A stretch of DNA of 64,000 bases from an uncultured Nitrospiraceae bacterium (GTDB lineage: Bacteria > Nitrospirota > Nitrospiria > Nitrospirales > Nitrospiraceae). The translations under genes were made by a program, and so were the position numbers. This document shows, piece by piece, positions 53,854 through 63,990 of the stretch. The notes under the pieces were generated by a model. It saw only the letters and a list, made by a program, of their open reading frames with translations. It ran no database searches and was not told the DNA's origin. Position 1 is the first letter of the stretch, and each line of letters begins with the position of its first letter. Location: positions 264,275 to 328,274 of the forward strand of contig CAWCIJ010000014.1 of the NCBI GenBank assembly GCA_963795615.1, in the 5' to 3' direction.

Positions 53854-55122
53854 ATGAACCAGACAGGCAAGGACATAGGAATCCTCGTGGGTGGAGGTCC
53901 CGCGCCGGGGATCAATAGTGTGATCGGAGCGGCGACGATCCGGAGTATTTTGGGAGGCGCGTCGGTCCTGGGGATCCTGGACGGGTTCAAATGGATCATG
54001 GAGGGCGACTCCACCAAAGTGAAGCCCCTGTCCATTGAGGAAGTGAGTCGTATCCATTTCCATGGGGGATCCTATCTCGGGATCGCGCGGGCCAACCCGA
54101 CCACGAATGCGGCCCATTTGGACAAGGCCCTCGCCGCGTTGCTGAAGTTGAATCTATCGGGGTTGATCACGATCGGGGGTGATGACACGGCCTTCTCGGC
54201 CCTCAAACTGGAACAGATGGCAGGCGGGCGGTTGCGTGTCGTCCATGTGCCGAAGACCATCGACAATGATCTGGATCTTCCACACGGCATTCCTACATTT
54301 GGCTTTCAAACGGCCCGTCACATCGGCGTCGATCTCGTCAAGAATCTTATGGTGGACGCGCAGACCACGTCGCGTTGGTACTTCGTCGTCACCATGGGAC
54401 GGAAGGCCGGTCACCTGGCCCTCGGCATCGGGAAAGCCGCCGGCGCGACACTCACGCTCATTCCTGAAGAGTTCTCAGGGCGGCCCGTGCCTCTCGCTAC
54501 GCTGGTCGACACTCTCATCGGAGCTGTTCTGAAGCGGCTCAAAATGGGCCGGCCTGATGGAGTCGCCATCCTGGCAGAGGGCTTGGTGGAGTGTGTGGAT
54601 GAGAAGGACCTCAAGGGACTGGCGGATGTGGAACGGGATCAGCACGGAAATCTGCGTCTCGCGGAGGTCAACCTGGGCGATCTCCTCAGACATGAGGTCG
54701 AGCAGCGCCTCAAGACGTTCGGCATCAAGACCACGATCATGGCCAAGAATATCGGCTATGAGCTCCGTTGCGCAGATCCGATCCCCTACGACATGGAGTA
54801 CACACGGGATCTCGGCTATTGCGCCGCGCAATTGCTCTTGAATGGCGGCAACGCCGCCATGGTGTCGATCCAGAACGGCCGATTGACCCCCATTCCGTTT
54901 GCTCAGATACTGGATCCAGCCAGCGGCCGAATGCGCATTCGCATGGTGGACGTCCAGTCAGAGTCCTACCAGATCGCCCGCCGGTACATGATTCGGCTTT
55001 CTCATGAGGATCTGGAGGACCCGAACGAAGTCGCACAGTATGCCGCCACGCTCAAGCTCTCGCCGGAAGCCTTCCGCGCTCAATTCGGATATCTCCTCGC
55101 AGATGAACGAAAACCGAGGTAG
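53854..55122 (+). CDS. 6-phosphofructokinase (ATP- or PPi-dependent; cannot decide)
   Basis: GILVGGGPAPGINSVI, ITIGGDDTAFSA, PKTIDNDL and TMGRKAGHLAL motifs. Confidence 0.9.
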   Translation: MNQTGKDIGILVGGGPAPGINSVIGAATIRSILGGASVLGILDGFKWIMEGDSTKVKPLSIEEVSRIHFHGGSYLGIARANPTTNAAHLDKALAALLKLNLSGLITIGGDDTAFSALKLEQMAGGRLRVVHVPKTIDNDLDLPHGIPTFGFQTARHIGVDLVKNLMVDAQTTSRWYFVVTMGRKAGHLALGIGKAAGATLTLIPEEFSGRPVPLATLVDTLIGAVLKRLKMGRPDGVAILAEGLVECVDEKDLKGLADVERDQHGNLRLAEVNLGDLLRHEVEQRLKTFGIKTTIMAKNIGYELRCADPIPYDMEYTRDLGYCAAQLLLNGGNAAMVSIQNGRLTPIPFAQILDPASGRMRIRMVDVQSESYQIARRYMIRLSHEDLEDPNEVAQYAATLKLSPEAFRAQFGYLLADERKPR

Positions 55123-55296
55123 TCCTCATTCGTTTCTTCCTTATCATTTAATGAAACGGGGCGTGATCGCATAGGCTCCCGAGCGTTCGTGCGAGAGGCC
55201 GCCGGCGCCGTGAGGTAGACCTTTACTGTCGATGCAGTCTTGCAGTGGACTTCATGATTCCGTACCATCGCGATTCGGTCCCGGTGAGTCCATTGG

Positions 55297-56331
55297 TTAT
55301 GGCTTTATCCAGCTACTCCGGAAATATTTGTGCTCCGGTTCGACTTCCTCGTCCTTGCAATCCTTCCCGTTTATCTTCTCCGAGCCGTCATCGCTGAGGA
55401 CCTGGATTTGTGTCTTCTCTTCGGGATAAATGATCAACGCTTCCGGATGCAACCCTCTGAAATTCACTCCCCCGATCGGTTCCGCCTCTTCAGAGGGAGA
55501 CCCTGACCATTGATACAGTTGGAAATCGCCTTCATCGCCGTGCGGACCGGCAGCGATCAGATACTTCCCCTTGGCCTCAACATACTCGATGCTGCGGATG
55601 CCCAGACCACCGAGAGATAGAGAGATGGGCTTCCCAAGCTTTGCCGCCTTCCCATCGATGACCTGCTTGGGGTTTTTCAAAGGGATGAGGAGCGCTTTCC
55701 CATCGGGTGTGGGGTTGCGAAAGGCGATCAACAAGGAACCCTGCGGGGTCGCGGAGAGCCCTTCGATATTCAGTCCCCCCTCTTGTTCGGGCGGCTTCTT
55801 CGCCGCGTCACCCAGTTTGTACTCCTTCAGCCATGGTGATGCGGTAAGGTCTTTGAGCAGATCTCTGTATGGCTTCCCGAGAGGGGCAATGATTACCTTG
55901 TCACCGGAGACTTTGACCTCTGTGGCGAACAGCCGGTGACGGTTAGGGCGCGGCTTGCCATTCTTGTTGCTCCCATGCGAGGTAATCCAGTACACGCGAT
56001 CCTCCACTCGGGTGGCGCCCTCGATGTCAGCTTCAGGGTGCTTCGGGTCAACCTTTAGGAAGGATGTGAGGTCCACCGAGGGGACCGGCTCGCTAGGATT
56101 CTCTCTTCGGTATACCGGCACAGGCCCGCCGGGGCTGTCGCGCCGGTACACCCTCAGCCGATTGTCTTCATCGTTGGCAACAATGAACATTGCCGGCCCG
56201 ACCGGCACGGCGGCGGACGCGTCGCACATACCGGAGTGTTTGGTGACCTCGGGTCGCGCCGGAGGGGCCGCGGCGAGTACAAGACACGCAATGATCAGGA
56301 CCACCACGACAGTCGAATTGTCCCGCTTCAT
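55297..56331 (-). CDS. secreted DUF3616-like protein
   Basis: Signal peptide. SGMCDASAAVPVG...FIVANDEDNRLRVY and EADIEGATRVEDRVYWITSHG match my recollection of DUF3616; the family assignment comes from memory only. Confidence 0.5.
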   Translation of the reverse strand: MKRDNSTVVVVLIIACLVLAAAPPARPEVTKHSGMCDASAAVPVGPAMFIVANDEDNRLRVYRRDSPGGPVPVYRRENPSEPVPSVDLTSFLKVDPKHPEADIEGATRVEDRVYWITSHGSNKNGKPRPNRHRLFATEVKVSGDKVIIAPLGKPYRDLLKDLTASPWLKEYKLGDAAKKPPEQEGGLNIEGLSATPQGSLLIAFRNPTPDGKALLIPLKNPKQVIDGKAAKLGKPISLSLGGLGIRSIEYVEAKGKYLIAAGPHGDEGDFQLYQWSGSPSEEAEPIGGVNFRGLHPEALIIYPEEKTQIQVLSDDGSEKINGKDCKDEEVEPEHKYFRSSWIKP

Positions 56332-56417
56332 AGGGATCTCCTTGCGATAGATCTACGAGAATAGCGTCTCACCAGGAAGTTCACTACGATGCCCGGCGAC
56401 TCTTCCCCTCACCTTCT

Positions 56418-56439
56418 CCTCTCCCCAACGGGGGAGAGG
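56418..56439. repeat. CCTCTCCCC-AACG-GGGGAGAGG hairpin 16 nt downstream of the S8 protease stop
   Basis: 9-bp stem; same pyrimidine/purine-arm family as 3491-3514, 4162-4180 and 37505-37560. Confidence 0.7.
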
Positions 56440-56454
56440 GCTGGGGTCGGCTCG

Positions 56455-58245
56455 TCATGGCTCGTCCTGCCTCACCCAGATGCGATAGTCTCCTATACCG
56501 GTCGGTGAATAGTGACGCACTTCGACCCGGTAGGCGCCTGGTTTCAAGGTCTGCACAATCTTCGCATTGGATGCTTCTCCACTATCGTCATCCTCCGCAA
56601 CCTTCGCTGTCGGGCTGTTGGGCCCAAACAACGTCATGAAGACATCGGTCCCGCCCTGCGTTTCGATCAAGTACTTCTTTTCTACCGCCACCTGAAATTC
56701 ATACAGATCCTTCTCGCCCGGTTTCTGAATCGTGCCCAGCGTGGGCGGTGGAGCGGGCGGAATAATCGGAAGGGAGATCACCTCTCCATCGACGACAGGC
56801 GTATCGGTGAACTTTGCTTGCAAGAGGCCGGTGCCGCAGGGCTTCGGGCACTGCGCGGCATCACGCGGCAGCGCGTCATGCTGGAGTCTTGCCATGACCT
56901 GCCCCGGAATCATGTCCGGATTCTTGGCAAAAATCAGCGCCGCCACGCCCGCAACGTGAGGGGCGGCCATGGATGTCCCGTTATAGTAGGCGTACCCATC
57001 CTTCACCATGCTGAGGACGCCGTCGATGTGACCATCGCCGTTGTCATCCCGCTGCCGATCGCCACCCGGCGCCATGATTTTTACAAGCGGGCCGAAATTC
57101 GAGTACCGGCTCACCAAGTGGCCCCGAGCATCGCTGGCGGCAACGGTGAAGGCGTTATCGCAACTCGCTGGCGAGACCTGCGACGCATCGACTGCGTCAT
57201 TTCCCGCCGCGACGACGACGATGGCTCCCGCCTCGACTGCATCTCGAATGGCCGATTGCGTCGCTGGATCGTCATCACAGGATACGCCAGGAGGGGTCCC
57301 GAGGCTCATATTGATGACCCTCGCGGGATTCGTGTTCGTCGGAACACCCGGCACGTCCAACCCTGCGGCCCAACGGATCCCATCGTTGATGTCGACCGTC
57401 GTCCCGCCGCATTTCCCCAGCACTCGGACGGACATCACTTTCACGCTCCAGTTGATACCGGCCACCCCGATACTGTTATTCGTCCCACCGACACCGATCG
57501 TTCCAGCCACGTGCGTGCCGTGCCAACTGCTGGGCGATGCGGAATCACCGGGGGCACACTCATCGGCCGCGACGGCATCGCCTGGGTCGGTCGGATCATG
57601 ATCGCGTCCGCCTCCATCGTTGGCGGTTTTCGGGTCGGTAATCATGTCATATCCCTGCAAGAGGTTCGGGGAGCCGGTGATGTCCGGATGGTCTGGCAGG
57701 ATCCCTGTGTCCACCACCGCGACGACGACGTCATGACTGCCCTTGATATCCTGCCAGGCCGAGGGGAGTCCGATCCCACCCGGCGAGAGACCGGCGCCGG
57801 CGCCATTGTTCTGGTAATGCCATTGATCGGGAAATCGTTCGTCGTTTGGCGTGATGACGATGCGCTTGATCCAGTTCGGCTGTGCGTACTCAACATCACC
57901 GCGTGCCCGGAATTGCTGAACCGCGGACAGAGTCCTATCGGTCAGCTGTTTGTGGCTCAGCGCGCTGCCTGTCGACGGTGGGATGCGGAAGACCTTTTCT
58001 CCCCCGGAGGTCCGTTGGACGGCTTCTTCCATACCCAGGGCGGCAGCCGCTGCAGCATCCAAGCTGCGTGTGGGTTTCATCTTCACGATCACTTCACCGG
58101 GCACAAAGCGAGGCTTCTCGGACGGATTGCCTTCCAGCGTCCGTTGCGCCTTGCCGCCGGCTGCATCTGTGGCCCGCGCCGGGGGAGTGGTACACAATAC
58201 CGCTGCGGCTGTGACCACAATCAGCAGAGTCCTTCGAGTTATCAT
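56455..58245 (-). CDS. secreted subtilisin-like serine protease (S8) with N-terminal prodomain and C-terminal PPC-type domain
   Basis: Catalytic triad motifs VAVVDTGI (Asp), HGTHVAGTIG (His) and GTSMAAPHVAG (Ser). The C-terminal ...DLYEFQV...YRVEVRHY... is pre-peptidase-C-terminal like. The start is set at ATG 58245 (MITRRTLLIVV...). Confidence 0.9.
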   Translation of the reverse strand: MITRRTLLIVVTAAAVLCTTPPARATDAAGGKAQRTLEGNPSEKPRFVPGEVIVKMKPTRSLDAAAAAALGMEEAVQRTSGGEKVFRIPPSTGSALSHKQLTDRTLSAVQQFRARGDVEYAQPNWIKRIVITPNDERFPDQWHYQNNGAGAGLSPGGIGLPSAWQDIKGSHDVVVAVVDTGILPDHPDITGSPNLLQGYDMITDPKTANDGGGRDHDPTDPGDAVAADECAPGDSASPSSWHGTHVAGTIGVGGTNNSIGVAGINWSVKVMSVRVLGKCGGTTVDINDGIRWAAGLDVPGVPTNTNPARVINMSLGTPPGVSCDDDPATQSAIRDAVEAGAIVVVAAGNDAVDASQVSPASCDNAFTVAASDARGHLVSRYSNFGPLVKIMAPGGDRQRDDNGDGHIDGVLSMVKDGYAYYNGTSMAAPHVAGVAALIFAKNPDMIPGQVMARLQHDALPRDAAQCPKPCGTGLLQAKFTDTPVVDGEVISLPIIPPAPPPTLGTIQKPGEKDLYEFQVAVEKKYLIETQGGTDVFMTLFGPNSPTAKVAEDDDSGEASNAKIVQTLKPGAYRVEVRHYSPTGIGDYRIWVRQDEP

Positions 58246-58312
58246 GGCTGCATCCCTTTCCTGTATAGTGTGGAAGACGGTCTTGCTGTCACAGTCGCAG
58301 GCCACGAACCAG

Positions 58313-58990
58313 ATGCGCGTCGCATGGCTTCAGCCCCCAGCGTGGGTTCTTCTCGTGACATGGCTTCTGGCGACGTGGTCGATCGCAGCCTCATCTGCGC
58401 GCTTTGTGCCCGGCGAGGTGATCGTCCAATTTGCCCCCGGCTCCGAAGGTCACCGCATCGTCACGCAAGCGAGCGGGCAGCCTGCGCCGGACCTGGTGGA
58501 TTTCGCGCCGATTGTGACGCGCCTTGGAACGACGACCAGCATTCCACTGACCGCCAAACAACTGCTGTCTGGGCAGCGTCTTCTGCTCAAAATAGATGCC
58601 AACCGCATCGTCCATGAGGCAGCCGGCCGGCTCCGAGAGAAACCCGGGGTGCGCACAGCCGGCCTTGATGAGACTGGCTCGGGACCATCGCACCTATCGC
58701 CGCTAGAATTAACGATCCGTGTTGAATCAACTCAGGGCAGCTCTCTCAGTCACTGGCTCGCGGAAGCCGCCGACAACCTCGATTCACCGGCCAGACAAGA
58801 ATTGCTCGGCGAGCTACAGACAGACCTCGCGATTCCCCTCACGATCAGGACAGTCCACCGGGAGACCGTACTGCTCGACGTCGATCTTCCCGCTCTCACT
58901 CGTCTGACCGTCCAACGCCTCTCCGCCCTCTCCGAAATTGCCAACGCTCAACCGAACTATCTTTCTTCCATCCGCAGGCCCGAACCGTAA
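58313..58990 (+). CDS. stand-alone subtilase-prodomain-like (inhibitor I9-like) secreted protein
   Basis: ATG 58313 gives a signal peptide. After it, ARFVPGEVIVQFAPGS parallels PRFVPGEVIVKMKPTRS of the divergent S8 gene, and the C-terminal IANAQPNY parallels VEYAQPNW at the end of the S8 prodomain. The rest of ORF 57950..58990 is antisense to the S8 gene. Confidence 0.55.
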   Translation: MRVAWLQPPAWVLLVTWLLATWSIAASSARFVPGEVIVQFAPGSEGHRIVTQASGQPAPDLVDFAPIVTRLGTTTSIPLTAKQLLSGQRLLLKIDANRIVHEAAGRLREKPGVRTAGLDETGSGPSHLSPLELTIRVESTQGSSLSHWLAEAADNLDSPARQELLGELQTDLAIPLTIRTVHRETVLLDVDLPALTRLTVQRLSALSEIANAQPNYLSSIRRPEP

Positions 58991-59273
58991 AGAGCGCGGC
59001 AGGAAAACACGATGATCGGTCTTGGATCTCCACTCGTCCATACGATTGAGCAAGCCATGTGCCCGGTCCGCGAGGCGGGTAGAGGGGGAAATGGTTGCTT
59101 TCTAAGTGAGGCCGGTGACGAGACTTACGGAAATCCTAGACCAGCAAGGAGGAATACCACCATTTCATGGTCGTATCCGACCCGATACAGGAATGTATCT
59201 CAACGAGGGGACACAAGCGTCGCTGATGATTCGCGAACGCGGAGCTGAAGAGGTTCTTGCCAGGGGTAAGACC

Positions 59274-59660
59274 TCACACCAGCTGCAACTTACAGTTCAC
59301 TACAGCTTCCCCTCGACAAGTTTCCTGAATCTCTTCCATCCGCCGGCGGTTGACGCCGAAGTCGCTATGGCCGACCCGGGAGGCAGATCGGAAATGGATG
59401 GTCTTGGTCCCATCGTCGAACAGAAACTCCACGTCATCAACGAATCGCAGCAGCAGGCTCGTGAATTCGTAGTGCAGGTAATTCTCGTCCTCCTCGACAA
59501 GCTTCGTGCGGGGCAGAGACAAGACGGCTGTCTTGAGCGTCTGTGTCGCTTCTGTTTTGCTTTTCTGATAGCGAAACGGCGCAATCGAATGCTCCTGGTC
59601 CTGGGCCTGGGTTGAGACGCAGTTGGGACTCGAGGGGCAAGGACCGAGTTGCATGGTCAT
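59274..59660 (-). CDS. DUF1499 family protein
   Basis: LGPCPSSPNCVSTQA..., FVDDVEFLFDD and FRSASRVGHSDFGVNRRRME match DUF1499. ATG 59660 overlaps the upstream stop (ATGA). Confidence 0.75.
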   Translation of the reverse strand: MTMQLGPCPSSPNCVSTQAQDQEHSIAPFRYQKSKTEATQTLKTAVLSLPRTKLVEEDENYLHYEFTSLLLRFVDDVEFLFDDGTKTIHFRSASRVGHSDFGVNRRRMEEIQETCRGEAVVNCKLQLV

Positions 59661-61566
59661 GTGACGCCCAATGTAAACCATCCAGCCCAGCCGGTCGCGC
59701 CATCCCACCAGGTACTGTAGACCACTCCGTCTGAACCGACAGTCACGAGGTCAATGTGCTCGGTGACCCGCGAGATCGCGGCAACTTGACCGCCCGGTTT
59801 ACCGATCCCTCCTGAGACGTTGAACCAATTGGCCCAATTCTGTCCTTCATGCCACCACGTGCTATAAATTCGGTTGTCCGTTCCGATGACAAACAGATCG
59901 AGATGGTTTGAGAAGCGGGCAATCGCGGTGATGGGTGCACCAGGCGATGCGACCCCGCCGGATACGTGGAACCAGTTGGCCCAGCCGCTGCGCGCGTTCC
60001 ACCAGGTCGACATGATGCGGCCGTCCACAGCCGTGGTAAACAGATCGAGCTGATCAGGGAAACGCGCGACGACCGACACCGTAGAGTCGGATCGGCATTG
60101 CAGGTTGCCGATCGCAAACCAATTGTGCCAACCACTGCGCTCGTCCCACCAGCAGCTATACACGCGCTGGTCCGTGCCGACTGTAAAAAGATCGAGATGG
60201 AAGGGGTACCGCGCAATGGCAGTCACGGTGGCGCCGGGAGCCGCCACGCCGCCCTGGACGTGAAACCAGGATGCCCAGCCGGTACGAACATCCCACCAAG
60301 TGGACATGGTCCGCCCGTCCAATGCCGTGGTGAACAAGTCGAGATGATCACTATAGCGCGACAAGGCATTGACGGTAGAGCCGGGACGGCACTGCAAGTT
60401 TCCAATAGGGAACCACCCGTGCCACCCACTCGCGTTATCCCACCAGGCACTGTAGACATGGTTGTCCGTGCCCACCGTAAACAGATCAAGGTGGCCGGCA
60501 TAGCGGGCGACGGCGGTGACCGGCGATCCTGGACCACCCGGAGAACTGATACCGCCTTGCACATGAAACCACCCGGCCCAGCCCGTTGCTTGGTCCCACC
60601 AGTTACTCATCGTGCGGCCATTGGCGGCGACGGCGAAGACATCCAGGTGCTCCGGGAAGCGGGCCACCATGGTGATCGGCGTTCGCGCGCGTGCCTGCAG
60701 CGTCGCTAGTGGACCGATGCGATTCCAAATCACTTGGCGGCAAATACGGCAAAACGGCACGCTGAGCGCGCGCATCTTGCAGTCGTATTCAGGCCGGAAC
60801 GCGCCGCAATGGTAATAGTGCGCCCCTTCGAACAATCCAACGGTGCCGGCGGGAACCGGACTGGGCCGGTTATCCACCTGGCTGCAATTCGGATTGCTCA
60901 TCGTCGGGATGGCAGTCGTCGGTGCAACCGCCCATCGCCACTTCAATGTGTTGCGGTCGGAATTCGTCGTGACATTGGGTTCGAACGGCTCGCCAGGCTG
61001 GGATGGTGATCGTGGCCCGTCTCATTGCCACCGGCATAGTATGGGTATTCGTCCGCGAGCCCGAACGCGGTATGGCCCAGCTCATGAATCGCTATTTCGG
61101 TGGCGCCTCCAGCCAACGAATAGGTGCCGACGCTTCCGCCAGCCCCACCATAAATAGTGGAATTGACGACCACCAACACGACCGTAAACTCCGGAATCTG
61201 CGCCGCTGCGACCTGCAACGCGGTGGTCATATTGCAGAGTAACAATCGTCGGATATTATTCCCGCCAAAGGTCGCGTCGAAGTAGGTACGAACGACGGCG
61301 CCTGTGCCACCAGCGGCGACCGGGTCGTCCGCGCCTGAATCGGTGGAACTGACGTTCACCCTGAACACATTGATGGCCGGGCTTAGCTCATCGAACGGCT
61401 GCGTGCTACGGAAGTCGTTGACGAATTGCGTGCACGCGTTGTCGAAGCCGTTTTGCTGTGCAGCAGTAAAGCCTTCGGCCAGCAACACGATATTAAAGGC
61501 TCGGTTTCGTGGCGCGGAGCCGAAGATGTGGGTTGAGCCAATGACGGCGCCATCTGCAGTGGACAT
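59657..61566 (-). pseudogene. M64-family (IgA-peptidase-like) zinc metallopeptidase fused to a 7-bladed PLL/tectonin-type beta-propeller lectin; reading frame interrupted once (about 60990-61010)
   Basis: ORF 60943..61566 carries the M64 core (NIVLLAEGFT, VVNSTIYGGAGG, HELGHTAFGLADEY). The frame of ORF 59657..60946 is open further upstream and continues with GEPFEPNVT...GLFEGAHYYHCGAFRPEYDCKMR...FCRICRQVI (the M64 C-terminal part). Seven repeats of ...HLDLF..G.D.R.YS.WW....GW..WF.. follow. A single -1 shift joins the two frames. This could be a real pseudogene or a sequencing/assembly indel at a CCC run. Confidence 0.7.
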
Positions 61567-61580
61567 CGTCGTACCTCCGT

Positions 61581-62183
61581 TCAGCGGCTGATCTGCAGCG
61601 GAAAGGTTGCCAACTCTTCTATCTCGGGACTGCCCGGCAATGGACTGGTATCGCGCGTGGTGGATGAGGGGGCATCAGGTTTGGCCGGTTGTACCCGCAC
61701 AACAGCGACACGGTGAGAGCCGGCCGGGACGGGCACGACCACAGTGAAGGCCCCGCGAGCGCCTTCCACATCGACCCGGGTGATTGGTTGTCCGGGCTGT
61801 TCGGGGAATACCTCGGTGCTGCGGGAGAATGCATCACGGGCAGAGACCCGGGCCAAGGTCCGACCATCTGAGTCCTGGGTATCGACGTAGTAACCCGGAT
61901 GCGCTGCACGACTAATATCAAACCCCGTGATGGCCACATCGACCGCCTGCTGGCTGATCAAGCGCACCTGATCGCCCTCGTACTCAAAGATCAGGCGCAT
62001 TGCAGGTGTTGACGTCGATTGGCTAGTGGCATCGTTCATAGGCATGTTAGGTCCTCCTTTGACGGAGAGCTGAGCTTCACCATTCGATCGTTCGCCGGGC
62101 AGGACAATACCGACAGGAACAACACACACGACGATAGCTGCAAGAAACGCTGCATAAAGATGCACCGTTGAAACTCGTCGCAC
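61581..62183 (-). CDS. hypothetical signal-anchored protein
   Basis: GTG start, hydrophobic helix LYAAFLAAIVVCVVPVGIVL, then a beta-rich domain of about 140 aa. It ends 14 nt upstream of the M64 gene. No family recognised. Confidence 0.5.
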   Translation of the reverse strand: MRRVSTVHLYAAFLAAIVVCVVPVGIVLPGERSNGEAQLSVKGGPNMPMNDATSQSTSTPAMRLIFEYEGDQVRLISQQAVDVAITGFDISRAAHPGYYVDTQDSDGRTLARVSARDAFSRSTEVFPEQPGQPITRVDVEGARGAFTVVVPVPAGSHRVAVVRVQPAKPDAPSSTTRDTSPLPGSPEIEELATFPLQISR

Positions 62184-62508
62184 GAGATGCTCATCTCTGC
62201 GTCAAACAGGTCCTGTTGCTATTCGCCTCTTTCGGTGAAAGCGCAAACGAGCGCATAGGACTCGACCGAACTGTGTTCGAGGATGGCGCGAATGGTCGGA
62301 AAATACAAGGCCCCGCTGATGGACGCCTCATGGGCGCCAAGGACGTCTGATCACGGTAACTCGTGGACGGTACAGGCTTGGGCTTGCCACCGCGCCATTC
62401 CGCGATGCCTCTGTCGACCAGAGTTTGAGCGGCACGGGCACCCTTAATACTTTTCCTCGTACTTGGCTGGAAGAGGAAGGATCTTGGCTAGTCGCCAGTT
62501 GACCTCCG

Positions 62509-63990
62509 TCACAACGTCTTCAAATACTCCACCAGCGCCTCCTTGTCCTTTGTCGCGAGATCAGTCCCATACACGTGCCCTTGGTTACCGCTGCCGCGCT
62601 GGTTGACATCGTAGGCGGTGCCGACCCGTTCGACTTCGCAGAGTTTCTTCGCCTGCACGGCCTCGCACCGCATCCCGACCAACTCAGCTTCATCCGGGCT
62701 CGTGACGAACCCGACCTTGACCTGGTTGTAAACATCGTAGCCGCGATAAAACTTCTTCGGCCGCTTCTCGACCGGCTCCAGCAGATCGCGGAGCGTGGGC
62801 ACGGACCCATTGTGCAGGTACGGCGCCCGGAGCCAGATGCCGTCGAGGAACGCGGCGATGTAGCCGCTGGGATTCTCTTCAACCAGGCCCTTTCGCTCGA
62901 TGCCCATCTCACGTACAACCTTATTCGCCTCGATCGCCGCCTGCTTACTCCAGGTGTCGAGCCGGCCACGGTCCGTGCCGACTTCCTCCACCGGCACCAG
63001 CGTACCGGTACGGTCACTCGCATGGCAGCGCGCGCAGGTCTTGTCGAACACCGGCTTTCCCGCTACTGCTTTTTGTTGATCGATCGGGAATGGATATTTG
63101 GGCGCGGGATAGGACCCGAGATAGTCCTCGAACCATTTGATGTGCTCAAGGAACTCATCCTTATTATGCGGGGCAGCGCCGAGCACTCCTAACGCCGAAT
63201 CGATGATCACGGAACGTGGATCATGGCTGTCGCCGGCGAGATTCATCAAATGGCCCTTCTCCGGCTTATACTTGTTTAGATTCCAGAGCGACGGCATGTC
63301 GGTCGGCCCAATAGTATTGTCCATCGGAAACTTGATCATGAAATACTTGGTCAGGTTCATCGCATCGTCGCGGCCTCGGCCCCATTCGGGAAAATCTTTC
63401 CGATAGATCCAGGCGAACTGTGCCTCGCGTTCCAGCAGGCGCTTCTTGGTAATCGGGATGAGGAGGAAACGGTAGATCATCCGGTCGAGCAAGGACAGGT
63501 CGGCCGCCAGGTTGATCTCGCGCATCATGTTGTCGGGGTTGAAGCGTGGATCTTTCGCGCAGTCGATCATGAAGCGAAAGAAGGCTTCGAGGTTCAACGT
63601 ATGGTTGGGGCCTGTCGGTATGAAAGTCGGATTTTCTCCGGCCTTGGAGCGATAGCTCGCGGTGTGGCAGGAGGCGCAGGTATTGGCCACGCGGGGAAAG
63701 CCGATGACTTTTTTCGTGAAGCCGATCGGTAACTCCTGCCCCTCCTCCCAGGCGACACCCAGAGCGGCATAGCCGCCGGGACCGGGCAGCTTCTCCGGGA
63801 ACATACGCGGCAGCACGTACCAGATCCAGTAGGGCACCCCGGCTTCATGCTCGGCGCCGATCGAGCCGTACTTGAAGCGCATGTGCGGGTCTGCAGTTAT
63901 CCACTCGGGCTGCGGCTCCTCACGAAAGAACTTGTACCAGCCGACAAAGGCGCCGGCGCCCCCCAGCGCCACCAGAATGAGGATGATCAC
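62509..63990 (-). CDS. membrane-anchored di-haem c-type cytochrome
   Basis: Two CxxCH motifs (CASCH and CARCH) and an N-terminal TM helix. The frame is still open at the window edge, so the true start may lie beyond 64000. Confidence 0.75.
   Translation of the reverse strand: MIILILVALGGAGAFVGWYKFFREEPQPEWITADPHMRFKYGSIGAEHEAGVPYWIWYVLPRMFPEKLPGPGGYAALGVAWEEGQELPIGFTKKVIGFPRVANTCASCHTASYRSKAGENPTFIPTGPNHTLNLEAFFRFMIDCAKDPRFNPDNMMREINLAADLSLLDRMIYRFLLIPITKKRLLEREAQFAWIYRKDFPEWGRGRDDAMNLTKYFMIKFPMDNTIGPTDMPSLWNLNKYKPEKGHLMNLAGDSHDPRSVIIDSALGVLGAAPHNKDEFLEHIKWFEDYLGSYPAPKYPFPIDQQKAVAGKPVFDKTCARCHASDRTGTLVPVEEVGTDRGRLDTWSKQAAIEANKVVREMGIERKGLVEENPSGYIAAFLDGIWLRAPYLHNGSVPTLRDLLEPVEKRPKKFYRGYDVYNQVKVGFVTSPDEAELVGMRCEAVQAKKLCEVERVGTAYDVNQRGSGNQGHVYGTDLATKDKEALVEYLKTL

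Noticed and set aside
56512-58617. 701-aa ORF on the plus strand
   Set aside because: It is antisense to the S8 protease gene, which has a full catalytic triad. It has no motifs and an Arg-rich composition.
60985-61015. Programmed -1 ribosomal frameshift in the M64-lectin gene
   Set aside because: There is no X XXY YYZ slippery heptamer and no obvious downstream stimulatory structure. A simple indel at a CCC run (real or an assembly artefact) is more parsimonious.
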